A DNA stretch of 64,000 bases from Oopsacas minuta. Taxonomy: Eukaryota > Animalia > Porifera. The notes below the pieces were generated by a model, which was given only the letters and a program-made list of their open reading frames with translations, was not told the DNA's origin and did not search any database. Made by a program: the position numbers and the translations under genes. How positions within the stretch are numbered: the first letter of the stretch is position 1; every line of letters starts with the position of its first letter. This document shows, piece after piece, positions 1-10,611 of the stretch. The DNA lies in the NCBI GenBank assembly GCA_024704765.1, contig JAKMXF010000055.1:587815-651814 (forward strand), given 5' to 3'.

Positions 1-766
1 AAAAACATAAGGGGACATCAAAAATTGAAGCCAAACAAAAATTGTGTTACGTAGTGTTATTCACCCGATATTTACATACCTACAAACTACTCAATTACAA
101 GTTTTCAGATATATAAACATGCTTGAACTAAATCGTCTAATGGAACGAAAACCAGACAAAGAGCATAAAATCTAGCACAATTGCAAAAATATGTTGTAGT
201 AGGGCTAAATCTTCATGGATTCAATACAGTATAGATAACGTAAAATTAGTTGGCGATGTTTGTTTTTAGACAGGAGGAGCAACCGAAGCACAGTAGCCCT
301 GATACCCGTTTTAATAGTATCGGCATCTAGTTCGTGGTAAATATAACACTTCAGCTGATAATTTAGGCTTCACTCCTGTGTGATCCCAAGAATTTAAATA
401 GTTTCTATGGGAAATGTTTGTATAAATGGAATGTTGATTCGAAGTATTAAAAATATATTAAATAGCTTTCTTTTGCCAAATTCAGAATTATGGTAAAGAT
501 TACACAGAGAGCCCATTGTGAAGTTAGAAAACATTATTTGTCAACGAAGCCGTAGAAAGGTAATTCGGAACCAAAGTAATTTTCCACCAAGCTATTTGGC
601 ATATGGATTAATATATCTTGCTATCAATGAAGCAGGACACAAAATATCCTTTTCCATCTTTATGGTGCATGTGAATCGAATTTCAACTACAAAATACATA
701 TTGACTGGGTATTAACTCTATCTACTAATATTTCACAAAGAAATGATATCAGTTTGTGTACTATTA

Positions 767-985
767 GGGCGTTCAATAAGTCTTGCGGGAGATACCATAG
801 AATATGATACAAACATATATGTACATACTAATTCACTATATTATATATTCAAAGTAATCCCATCCTGCAGAGATACACAAAGTTTTAACATTTCTACCCA
901 CTTGTAAAACACATTTCTGCCTCTCCTTTGGGGATGGATTTGAAGTACTGGTACAGGCCATTATGTCGTTTTGAAGTTGAGCAGA
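767..985 (-). mobile_element. mariner family A, 3' end fragment (TIR plus transposase C-terminus)
   Basis: TA at 765-766 is followed by GGGCGTTCAATAAG. About 200 bp are clearly homologous to 26730-26930 of the full-length mariner A copy. The inner boundary is approximate. Confidence 0.85.
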
Positions 986-989
986 TAAG

Positions 990-2714
990 GGTTCATTACA
1001 AAGTACATCTGTCAATCGATGAAAAGAACATGTATTGCCTTCCAGAGTTTACTTTTGGAGATGAAGGCATTAATGTTATCTGTATGACTGATAATGTTGG
1101 TATCTCGGCCCTTAAATTTCCGATTAAGCTCATTTAGAGTTTCAAAGATATCCGTAAGGTATGCCAAGTGTTAGAAAAACTCTGGTTTATTAAATTCAGT
1201 TAGGAGATCCATCTTGCATTTCATCTTAAGAAGGTGTCCACCTCTTCCTTAAGTTCTCATACCTGAGCCAACATGTTGCCTTTGGATAAGGATCGTACCA
1301 GCGTATGGAACAAGAGAAATTGATGGGTAGCATCCATTCCTTCACAAATTTGGGAAATAAGCGGGTATTGGACGCTCCTCTTTTGATATAGTTGACTACT
1401 TTAATGACGATCGCTAAATTCGCACATAGAGAACCAGGCATTGTTTTAGAGGCCAGTGCCTGGCGATGGATTAAACGGTGGGTTCCTAGTACATTCGGAT
1501 CTTGTGTTCAACAAGCGAGATAAACTCAAATCAGCTACCCAACATGGCTGGTGCTCTATCTGAGCACACCCCAACTATATTTTCCAGTAGAGATTTATTT
1601 CCCCAAAGAATGTTGAGACAAAGGCCATGAGATCTTTTGCCTTTGTTGTTGTCTCCAAGGGGTAACAGAATAGGAACTCCTTCGCAATCGTCGGACCATT
1701 CATATAACGAACAAAAGCCACCAATTGAGAAGGATTGGTCACATATGTCGACTCGCCCAGCTGGATAGCAAACTTGGGAGGTGCCTGGATTTTTGTAATT
1801 ATCTGATGTTTGATATTGTTAGACATATCAACAATCTTTGACTTGATTGTGTCTTTTGGCATGTATATTTGTTCCAGCTTGCTAATGGCATCTTTGTTGA
1901 GGACTATTCGATCACATTCAAGAATGCAGGGGTTTATGAGTCTCCCCGATTGTATGAGGTTTCTTGTTTTTTGCCACCAAAAGTGCAATGGCATGTGACG
2001 CGTGAACAATTGACTTTACCTGTTGATGGAATGCTTCACTGGAATCTAGTTCCACTTTTTAATCCGGTCTCCTTCAGCTTAAAGAAAGCTCAAGCATTTT
2101 TGGAATGCTTCAGGTGGACTGTGGTGAGATGTTGCTTCAGTTGGTACGGTTTCATACTTGAATTCGATAGAGTTTTCATACACAATATGCATTGTGGAAG
2201 TGGATAACCATTATTTTCCTGGAATGTAAAGCCAAAATTGAGAAAATCTTCTTGATACTTTCTCTTCAGTGACATGCTTTATAATATACTATAAGAATGT
2301 TAAAAAATTGAGACTTAAGAAGTCAAGGTTGCCAAAAAATGTAAAGTAAGTCAAAAATTAGAGTCATTTGAGTCGAATAGTTGTTGAAAGTTGTTTACTA
2401 TTTATATGTAATATTATGCATGAAACGAGTTCAATTTCACGAAATTTGAACTGGCACATTGTTTGAACTTCTAATGTCAATCTCCCAATAAACATTTTTG
2501 TAAGCAAAGATACCATTCAAAATTTAGTGCAAATGGAAAAGCATGTGATTGCACTTGGATTAGTATGGTTATATCACTTAAATGTATTCTTAGAATTCAT
2601 TAAATTCGTAGAACTTGACATATAATTTAGAATTTTAGTGAATAAATACCACATTTAATTACTTTTACAGAATATTTCTCAGAAGCGCCATTCCCCACCC
2701 GTTAAGTAGCACTA
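990..2714 (-). mobile_element. hAT Buster/Charlie-type element, 3'-truncated, degenerate ZBED5/SCAND3-like transposase (about 1000-2275)
   Basis: Minus-strand fragments: BED-finger-like PQCILCMKTLSNSSMKPYQLKQHL (2090-2275), FAIQLGEST..QLVAFVRY..EFLFC (1575-2009), IKVVNYIK (1226-1441), LAYLTDIFETLNELN (about 1130-1180). Terminus TAGTGCTACTTAAC at 2714, flanked by GTATATAG, which fits the Buster nnnTAnnn target. Confidence 0.85.
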
Positions 2715-2817
2715 GTATATAGGGTCTAACTATGTGGGCTTATGATATATAAAAGTTAGGTATATTACTTGAATAATTCCTGAGAAATAACATAACCCGT
2801 GAGACTTTTGAACGCCC
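2715..2817 (-). mobile_element. mariner family A, 5' end fragment
   Basis: Homologous to 27915-28018 of the full-length copy; ends in CTTTTGAACGCCC, the inverted complement of the TIR at 767. Confidence 0.8.
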
Positions 2818-3823
2818 AGATATACCAAATACTTAATTAAATGCACCAGTTTAGAAACTCCGTAAATAGATAACCCTTATATTTAACGTTACAAAATTCA
2901 TACAACGTCGAAGGATTTTCCATACCAAATTTCAAAAAATGTCATCATAAAGTTGTCGCCTTCAAGAGTTACATAAATAATATATCCAGCCAACGTCTAC
3001 TCTTTTTGTATACCTCTAACACTAGACTAATATTATTCTGAATTGAATACTGCATATGCAGCAAGCTAAGACAATTGGATTATAGTAGTAAATACGATTA
3101 TACCTTGAGGAATGTCTATCAAGATATGACATGAAAATACTTGGGGTCGATAGGATTGATATCACAGAATCAGGGAGCATATAAATAAAAATTCTAAGAA
3201 GTATACTTAACTTAATTCTGAGTGTATTTCTAAGGAAAATTCTAAGAATAGAGTCTTATACTTAGACTTTAGAAAAGTGGTATTAACGAAAATTCTTAAG
3301 TCAACATATTAGAATTTTGCTTAACTTTAAGTGAAATTCATAGAATATTTCTAGAAAAAATTCGAAAATCTAAGAAAAATATTCAATGAAGTAAAGAGGA
3401 CACTTACCATATAATATATTCTACCTTCTAAGAAATTAAAATGCACATGCATATATTTACAAAGAAAATATTAATCGCTTAAGACATTTTGTTTGATTAT
3501 CATATCCACATGTTGTAATACCCGCAGCATAGAACTATAGTCGAATTACATACCAACTATATTTAGATACTATTTCTTGATTTCACACTGAATTGTATTA
3601 TGACATCAATAAATGTATTTATGTAATTATATCTCATAAATTTTGGAACATAATAGTGTTGTATCTAAACTGTGGTAAATAAACTCAGTGTCATTTAAGT
3701 GACGTCCTGCAAAAACATACGCAATCTATGCAATTTTATCCATTTACCTATATTATCATCTTTAGTTATGAGTATAAATAATGATAAAATGTTAATTAAT
3801 TATGATAATATCTTACCACTCGC

Positions 3824-4597
3824 TTGCATTATGACCACGAAAAATCGAGAACTCATTTAAAGAATTTTACTCAGGAGGAGATAATGTCCCACGTGGATCT
3901 CATTCATGATCAAAAATCGAAATTGTTTGGCGCTGTAACATCAATTCAGACTTTCGTGGAAAGAACAAAATCTGGGAAGAAAATTTCAGGGAGACTATCT
4001 GAATTACATGGGAATGTAAGAACAAGAGATGATATCATGAAAAATACTATAATATATTGCAGCAAGTTAGCATCAGCAAGAAAAACTGGAGGAGGTCGAG
4101 CAGATGCTGATATAAACGAAATAGAAGCTAAAATCAGTAGCATCAAAGGGAAGGAAGCTTTTGAAGGCATTGAATCCCAAAGTTCAAATGATGAAACTAC
4201 AAGGATGCTCATGAGACCAGTTCCCTCTGAAGATATTGAAGAATTATTGATTTTCCAATAAGCCCCAAGAAAACGTCATCGTTTGGAAAATTACGAATTG
4301 GAATCGACCAAACGTGCAATTTTAAAGAATGAGGATAAGAAATTGGAGATTTTGACTAACATTGATTCTAAGCTAGATCGACTTGAGAGTAAATTCTATC
4401 GAGTGATCCAGATTTTGCAACACACAGCAGCGGATCAATCGAAGACACTTTCTCTTCTAATGGCTCAAATTATGACTCCTCTGCCCCATTTTCAGACATC
4501 GCCCCATTCAGTTCCTACTTCTAATTTGTCTTCATTGCTTCATTACTTCAAAGTCAAGATTAGGAATACTGAATTAAGATTATTATGTTATATGTAA
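3824..4597 (+). pseudogene. Harbinger Myb/SANT-like DNA-binding protein
   Basis: RTHLKNFTQEEIMSHVDLIHDQKSKLFG..RTRDDIMK resembles the Myb_DNA-bind_5 start of Harbinger ORF1 proteins. It is broken by a stop at about 4261 and followed by a coiled-coil-like ORF. Confidence 0.7.
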
Positions 4598-4650
4598 GTC
4601 AGAGCCCCTATTTCAGTCATGTGCTCAGTCAATTAATTAAACTTCCTATG

Positions 4651-5690
4651 TCATGTGAAATAGTTCATAACTATATTTTCTCGAACTAAAATCCCATTAT
4701 CTGAATGTTCAGTGTAGCCTGTTTCTGTGTAGGGCATGTCACTTTCCAAGTTTTCAATATCAATTTGAAGAACGCAATCAACACAAAAATTATGAAGTAT
4801 CATGGAAGTTAAGATGAGTTCGCACACCCTCTCTGGTCTATAGCACAAACTACCACAAGTCTTGTCCATTGATCTCCATCTGCTCTTCCATATTCCAAAG
4901 GTACATTCAGTTGTCTTTCGAGTCTTCAGGAAAGCACTATAATACCTTCTTTCGCGTGGTGCAACAAGAGATAGTAATGGAGTAATTAAATTTGGGCGCA
5001 ACAGATAACCACTATCGCCCAGAAACCACCCATCAAGAATTGGAATTTTTACTGGCGATCTTAAGATTGATTCCTGATTACCTCCATATGAACGCGTCAT
5101 GTGTCCTGTCTGGCCACTTCACAACTACATCAATAAACTTGAATACATCGTCATATATCGCTTGGACGTTAATTGAATGAAAACTTTTATGATTTACATA
5201 AATTGCTTCGTTGGTATTAGGTGCAAGAATTGGGATGTGTGAGCAGTCTATGCTACATAATACTTTAGGAAACCCGAACCTTTGTATAAATCCATGCTGC
5301 ATGCTCATCTGTCTAGCAACAGTTGGAAATTGTATATAGTCTTTCGCAATTGATCACAATGCATCTGTTACACCTCTAACACGATTAGACACAGAGGGCT
5401 GGGAAATTCCATGAGCTGATGCAACCAAAGTTTGGAAACTACCCATAGCTAGAAACTGAAGAGTGACCGCTAATTGAGTTGTGAACGAAAGTGAATGAGA
5501 TCGGCTTGAGGATCGAGACATGAAAGTCTCAATTTTATCATACAATACTAAGAACGTTTCTCTTCTGATTCTATAACAAAAAATAAACTCTACATCTGTG
5601 TACGCATCAATAAGGTTTACCCTGTCACAAAATTCTCTGGGTTGTAAACTGCCTATTTCCAGCTCCAAAAAACACAAAGCGAGGCCATGA
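4651..5690 (-). pseudogene. HARBI1-like DDE transposase
   Basis: Fragments QLAVTLQFLAMGSFQ..HGISQPSVS, GFPKVLCSIDCSHIPI..NHKSFHSINVQ..WP..THDAFIW, WFLGDSGY, TECTFGIWKSRWR and ILHNFC, split by frameshifts. Confidence 0.92.
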
Positions 5691-7293
5691 GTTCATACAA
5701 TAGTACACAAATGAGAAATGCAACGAGTATCCCTTTTCTCTTGGATGGGGCAATTGATCTCATTAATGATGAATCAAATATACAAGTATGTGAATTTTAT
5801 TTCCTACTATGTGCATATCTCCGAAGAAAGCGATTGCGCAGTCGAATAAATTGACATAAATTTTATTAATCAATAGCAAGAATCACTCCAGTACAATTAC
5901 CCAATTCTAAGAAATACACTCAGAATTCAGTTAAGAATACTTCCTAGAATTTTTGTTACTACGCCCCCCTGGCTGTGATGTTCCTTTTGATCGAAACTGA
6001 TCTGGATAGCAGCATGCATACCCCTTTCTCCGAAGCCTCAGAGCGGTCATTCTTTCATTGCGAAGACTAAAAATCTACCTTCGAAGCACAACGAGGCAAC
6101 AACGATTGGGTGGATTGACTTTAATGAAAGCTGGGGTAATTACATGTTTGGAATCGGATCTTGACTTGATTGTGTACAAGTTTCGTTCTTCAAGTCAGCG
6201 CAGCTCTGAATTTCACTGATATTGTTTTAATTTATGCACTTATTTCACATATAGATATTTATAGGATCGAAAGTGTTAAGGAGAGATTTGAGCATCAGTT
6301 TCTCATGTAATTGAGAGAAATTCATTACATTGTTATTGTAATAGCCCCATGGAAATTCCGCATTCTCCAGGATGCTCTGGGTATATAGGCCCGACCACAT
6401 AGTTGGCATAACTACGCATATGGTCATTGGTGTATTACCCCTATATGGCAATGAGGCTTAGCAATATGATATCATAAAATATTTTAAAGCTCTGAAATAA
6501 GATAATAGGAAAATTGTCGAAACTATTCGTAGGAAGCTAATAACCAATTTAATATTCAGCGCCTTGTGTACTATGGAATTTTGGGTTCATTTTGTCGGAG
6601 CGTGATATCAGAGAAATGACAAAAATACACACATTTCCACCAAAGCGCTTGCTCATTTTTGGTTCTCAATTTTCATGATGTATATGTAGCATTATTTTGA
6701 GGTGTTGGTATAGCTTGGTTCGATACTAAGAACCAGGTGTTGAGGATTAGGGTATTGTGACCCAGTAATAGTAAATAATAAATTATGCTGTGCAATGAAT
6801 TCTTGAGTTTCTTAATTGAAATTATCCAAAGGAAATTTCTAGAGACACTGATAAATTCTGAAGAAGGGTAAAATGGAACGGTTCGGAAATGCCGAAAAGG
6901 GTGCTCAAGTTGAAATAGTAATATAGATAATACATAGCTACATAAATATTTCCCTTATAGTAAATTTGATGGTAAATCAGTTGTATAATGAAATTTTTAA
7001 TTTGATATTGGTGTGATTTGTAATAATTTGGAGACAGGATATTTTTGGAAAATAATTTGTTATATTAGCAACCGAAGAAATTGAATAATTACAAAGGAAA
7101 AAATGGAGAAAATTTCTACTTTCCTGAGCTGTGTGCGATTCAATTCCATAATAATACAGGAAATCAGAATAAGTTGTGAAACGATGTACATATGCAGAAA
7201 CTATCAATTCCAATCAATATCTTGCCAGGTGGTGAAAAGAATCAATTTCCATGTTCTATGACTCAATATATACTGAATTCAATGGGTGTGTTG

Positions 7294-7329
7294 CACAGTG
7301 TGGCAAAATGGCTATAATGGGGAAATAGG
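7294..7329 (+). repeat. 3' terminal inverted repeat of the RAG1-like element: heptamer, 18-bp spacer, GGGGAAATAGG
   Basis: CACAGTG-TGGCAAAATGGCTATAAT-GGGGAAATAGG read directly from the sequence. Confidence 0.9.
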
Positions 7330-7599
7330 TAAATGAATCTGTATTATCACCACAATTATACCTACATATACTAAGTCGACACTGTAGATATCAAAAGTAC
7401 CAATGACTTTTTAGTAGCACGACTATAAACCTAGTTATGGCGTAATTATTGACATTTTCTAATATATAACACTTGTGGTTCATTAGTGAGGATATTATGA
7501 AAGTTGATAATACATGCGTGTCATGGTCTCTATTCTGCTATTTGATAACGTACAATTTAAAGACCCTTAATTATGTATGACTATTGGATATACTTATTA

Positions 7600-9730
7600 T
7601 CATAAATGATCAGATAGTATACTATTATATAATATCTCTTGGAGGCTATGTGCAACGTCTCTTTTCTTCTTTGTGTGCATCAAACGATTCTGTACTAAGA
7701 TGGGGTCACTACAACAAAACAACCTAACTAAAATATCTCTAACATTATCTGTGAAAGAAGTTTTTCTTGCAAGATTCTCCCGATACCGCCTTACAAATTT
7801 ATTGCAGGATTCTAAACATTCCTCAGAGATATTCTGTAATCCCTTATCATTATTGTAAGCACCTATTAACTGAAACGAATGGGCAAGTAACTTGTGCAAA
7901 GATGGAGTGATGCTTGCCCATGGGTACTCAACTAGAATAAATTCGTACGTTTCTTTGCACAATTCTTGCATTTTGTCACAGTTAATCAAGTCACCACTGT
8001 TGAGGAGTCTTAACAAAACAGATAGATTTGCCTGGATCTTCTCTAATGATATTTTATCTGAAGGATGAATGGAAGAAGTGGCCCACGTCAAAAGTCTCTC
8101 ATTTTAAAAAGCAGTCTCGCGCAATGTTACCTGTGGTTGAAGTGCCGCCCTGGCTTGAAGGGATATCGACACTGAAATTACATCTTTCCTGGAGTATAAC
8201 TCGAACCCGTTTCATGGAAGAACTTACTTTCGAGTTTGATGGCGCCCATACCTTGTGTCCTGCATCAAGATGGTATATCAACAGCATGAACCACCTGAAT
8301 ACACAAAGGTAAGGCATGCAAAGGAGACGCAGCTATATTATCGCTGTTAGAAGTTGGTTGATGCGTAATACCAACATGTTGATTTGATGGGAGTTTCAAG
8401 TAATCTTCCCCATCAACCTCTTCAAAATGTTGCCAAGCGTGGCTAATTAATCTGTTAATAGGAAACCAGAATGGGCCCATTCTAAATTTTTAATTTGGCT
8501 ATCAGTTGTAGTACACAGATGACAAGAAGCCACACCAGCTTCATCCAGCAATCCTGCCATCTTGATATCAAAAAGGGAATGGACTATCGCCCTGTGCATG
8601 GTCTCCAATAAGAGACAACCCATCCTGTATGATATGGTCTGTTTGAGGATTGACTATTGTGTTCATGATAAGCTTTATATTAGAATGTTCTTCTTTCAAA
8701 GCTATCAGTGCTACTGGCCTAAAGCAGAACGGAGAGTTGGGTGAGCTGTTATAGAACACGTCATTTCCAAGTGTGCCTGTAATTGATATTGCTTTGAATC
8801 CGAACAAAATGAGAGTATTTGTGCTTAATACAGAATTGTTGCTTTGTTGGTTATAGGTTTGATGACAATCGGAGCCATCCAATCCATCAGATATCTTAAT
8901 TCTTAGTGAGTAGTGTGAATCAGGAACTGGGTCTAATGTTGAAAGCAAGCGTTGAATGGTCAGACTAAGGATGGAATGTTAAGAGACACAAGTCCCAATT
9001 GACAATGTTTCGGGGTCTCTAACTATTTCCATTTCATTTATTAGGCTTATTTCCCTACGATATTGCGAGACAAGCTTATAGGAAGGAAGCTTAACATCAC
9101 CTTTGAGAATTCTTTTCAGATTCGTGTATTTACTCGCCCCAATTTCTAAGCTGTCCAATATATAAGCACATTTAGAGATTTGTACTTTGTACAATACACC
9201 GCTAAAAGATCCCTTATCAATTATTTCTCTGCACATGTCTGAAGTATCACGATCATAGTATTTATTTGAGACTAATCCTAAAGCTAGAGCGAGTGGTTGT
9301 TTAGGCTCAATCTTTTCTCTCTCTGCTAAAAAGTCTACATGCTCTAAAAGAACACCAAGTCTCGATCTGGAAGTCTTCATGTGACATTCGAGAATATTCC
9401 TCCTGGATTCAGTTAAAATCCGTTCTGAAAGTTTTGATTTTCAGAATCAGTTACTACAGAAGGAATTTCAGGATCATGCGATATTCTCTTTCTTTGATTG
9501 GATATTGTTAGATGAGTAGAGTGGAAAATCATATTATCCCATGTTTCAAGATCCTTCCTGCGGTAAGCCTCTCTGGATGTTAGAAGTGATTTCAATTTGA
9601 AATGGATAGTAACAGTTTCTTCATCGGATCAATGGTTGTTCTCAATAAGTTTCCTAACAGAGACTGTAACTCTTCTTCCAATCGAAATATACAAACTTTA
9701 TGCCTCATTGTTCGTGATTAATACAGACAT
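7600..9730 (-). pseudogene. RAG1-core-like DDE transposase (about 700 codons, several frameshifts and stops)
   Basis: Motifs appear in RAG1 order: NBD-like RRNILECHMKTSRSRLGVLLEHVDFLAERE; GLDGS (D600 equivalent); PNSPFCFRPVALI; LFDIKM (D708 equivalent); SCHLC (zinc Cys pair); SPLHA; GGTSTTGNIARDCF; ITPSLHKLLAH (zinc His pair); SEECLESCNKFVRRYRE (E962 equivalent). Confidence 0.88.
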
Positions 9731-10373
9731 GATCCGCTTAAGGGCTGCTCTAACATAGAAACATTATGATTTATAGTTGAAGAGTATTGGAATAACTAAT
9801 AACCAGCAAAATATAGAATTTCACTGAAAAAATTTAAACGCATGAATAATATATTTTTCGCATTTTTGTCCGGTCCGGACAATGAATGAGGTGATAAATT
9901 TTTGGGCAGCTTTTGGCAAGCCTGGAAAGTGATTAAATAGTTGACTAAATATAGTAACATTATGTATATATTAATAACGTTTTGTCAAATTTTGTCAAAC
10001 AAGAGATGCTACACTTCAATCAATGAGAAAAACTTCCAAATTATAACTTTGGGAGGGCCAAACTGGACACCCGGAAAAAGTACAAATGAATATCTAGACT
10101 AACCTAGCAATGATTAAATTGTTGTTACAATATAGATTTATTATCAGAAGATGTTTTTCACTCTTATATTTAGTATTTACATCAAATATGATTACATACA
10201 TTAGGGCATAGGAATTTGCTGTTTGAGAATATATATTTCTATTATTAGAAACACATAACAAAGTTGTGCGTAGTTAGGATTCCTAACTGCTCTAATGCTG
10301 CCAATGATATTTTCGTACTAATTGAACTATGGAGAATTCGAAAAATGCATTGAAATATGTTTTTTTAAATATG

Positions 10374-10400
10374 CCTATTTCCCCATATTGCCACACTGTG
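10374..10400 (-). repeat. 5' terminal inverted repeat of the RAG1-like element: heptamer, 9-bp spacer, GGGGAAATAGG
   Basis: The reverse complement reads CACAGTG-TGGCAATAT-GGGGAAATAGG. Confidence 0.9.
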
Positions 10401-10611
10401 TGTTGAATATAGAACTAAGATTGTAGGAATTAATCCTACTAACTTCTACCTAATTACTCACTGTGTAGTTTATGAACTACTCTTACTGTGGTTACCTTGG
10501 CATAGAAATAAAATTTTCAAGTCACCAAAATAAACAATAAGTGAAATTCCGGATGATGCAGCAAATGTTTCCAGAAATAGTAAATCTATTAAAACTCCGT
10601 TTCCGATAAAA

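Larger units (their letters stand above)
3171..5971. mobile_element. PIF/Harbinger transposon with two convergent genes, degenerate
   Basis: Imperfect inverted repeats of about 63 bp (CAGGGAGCAT..AAAAATTCTAAGAAGTATACTTAAC.. at 3171 versus the reverse complement ending 5971) enclose a Myb/SANT-like gene (+) and a HARBI1-like nuclease gene (-). No TSD could be recognised. Confidence 0.85.
7294..10400 (-). mobile_element. RAG1-core/Transib-like transposon, full-length boundaries (3107 bp)
   Basis: CACAGTG at 7294-7300 and CACTGTG at 10394-10400. Identical 5-bp flanks TGTTG at 7289-7293 and 10401-10405. Both ends share the motif GGGGAAATAGG. One internal minus-strand transposase pseudogene. Confidence 0.93.

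Noticed and set aside
6245-7213. Short minus-strand ORFs that might be class C GPCR-like exons
   Set aside because: Similarity is too faint to support a call.
7294-10400. A RAG2-like gene in or beside the RAG1-like element
   Set aside because: The element leaves only about 300 and 670 bp of non-coding ends, and no kelch-like ORF was seen nearby. The PHD-like finger at 55800-55990 belongs to the Ulp1 gene 45 kb away.
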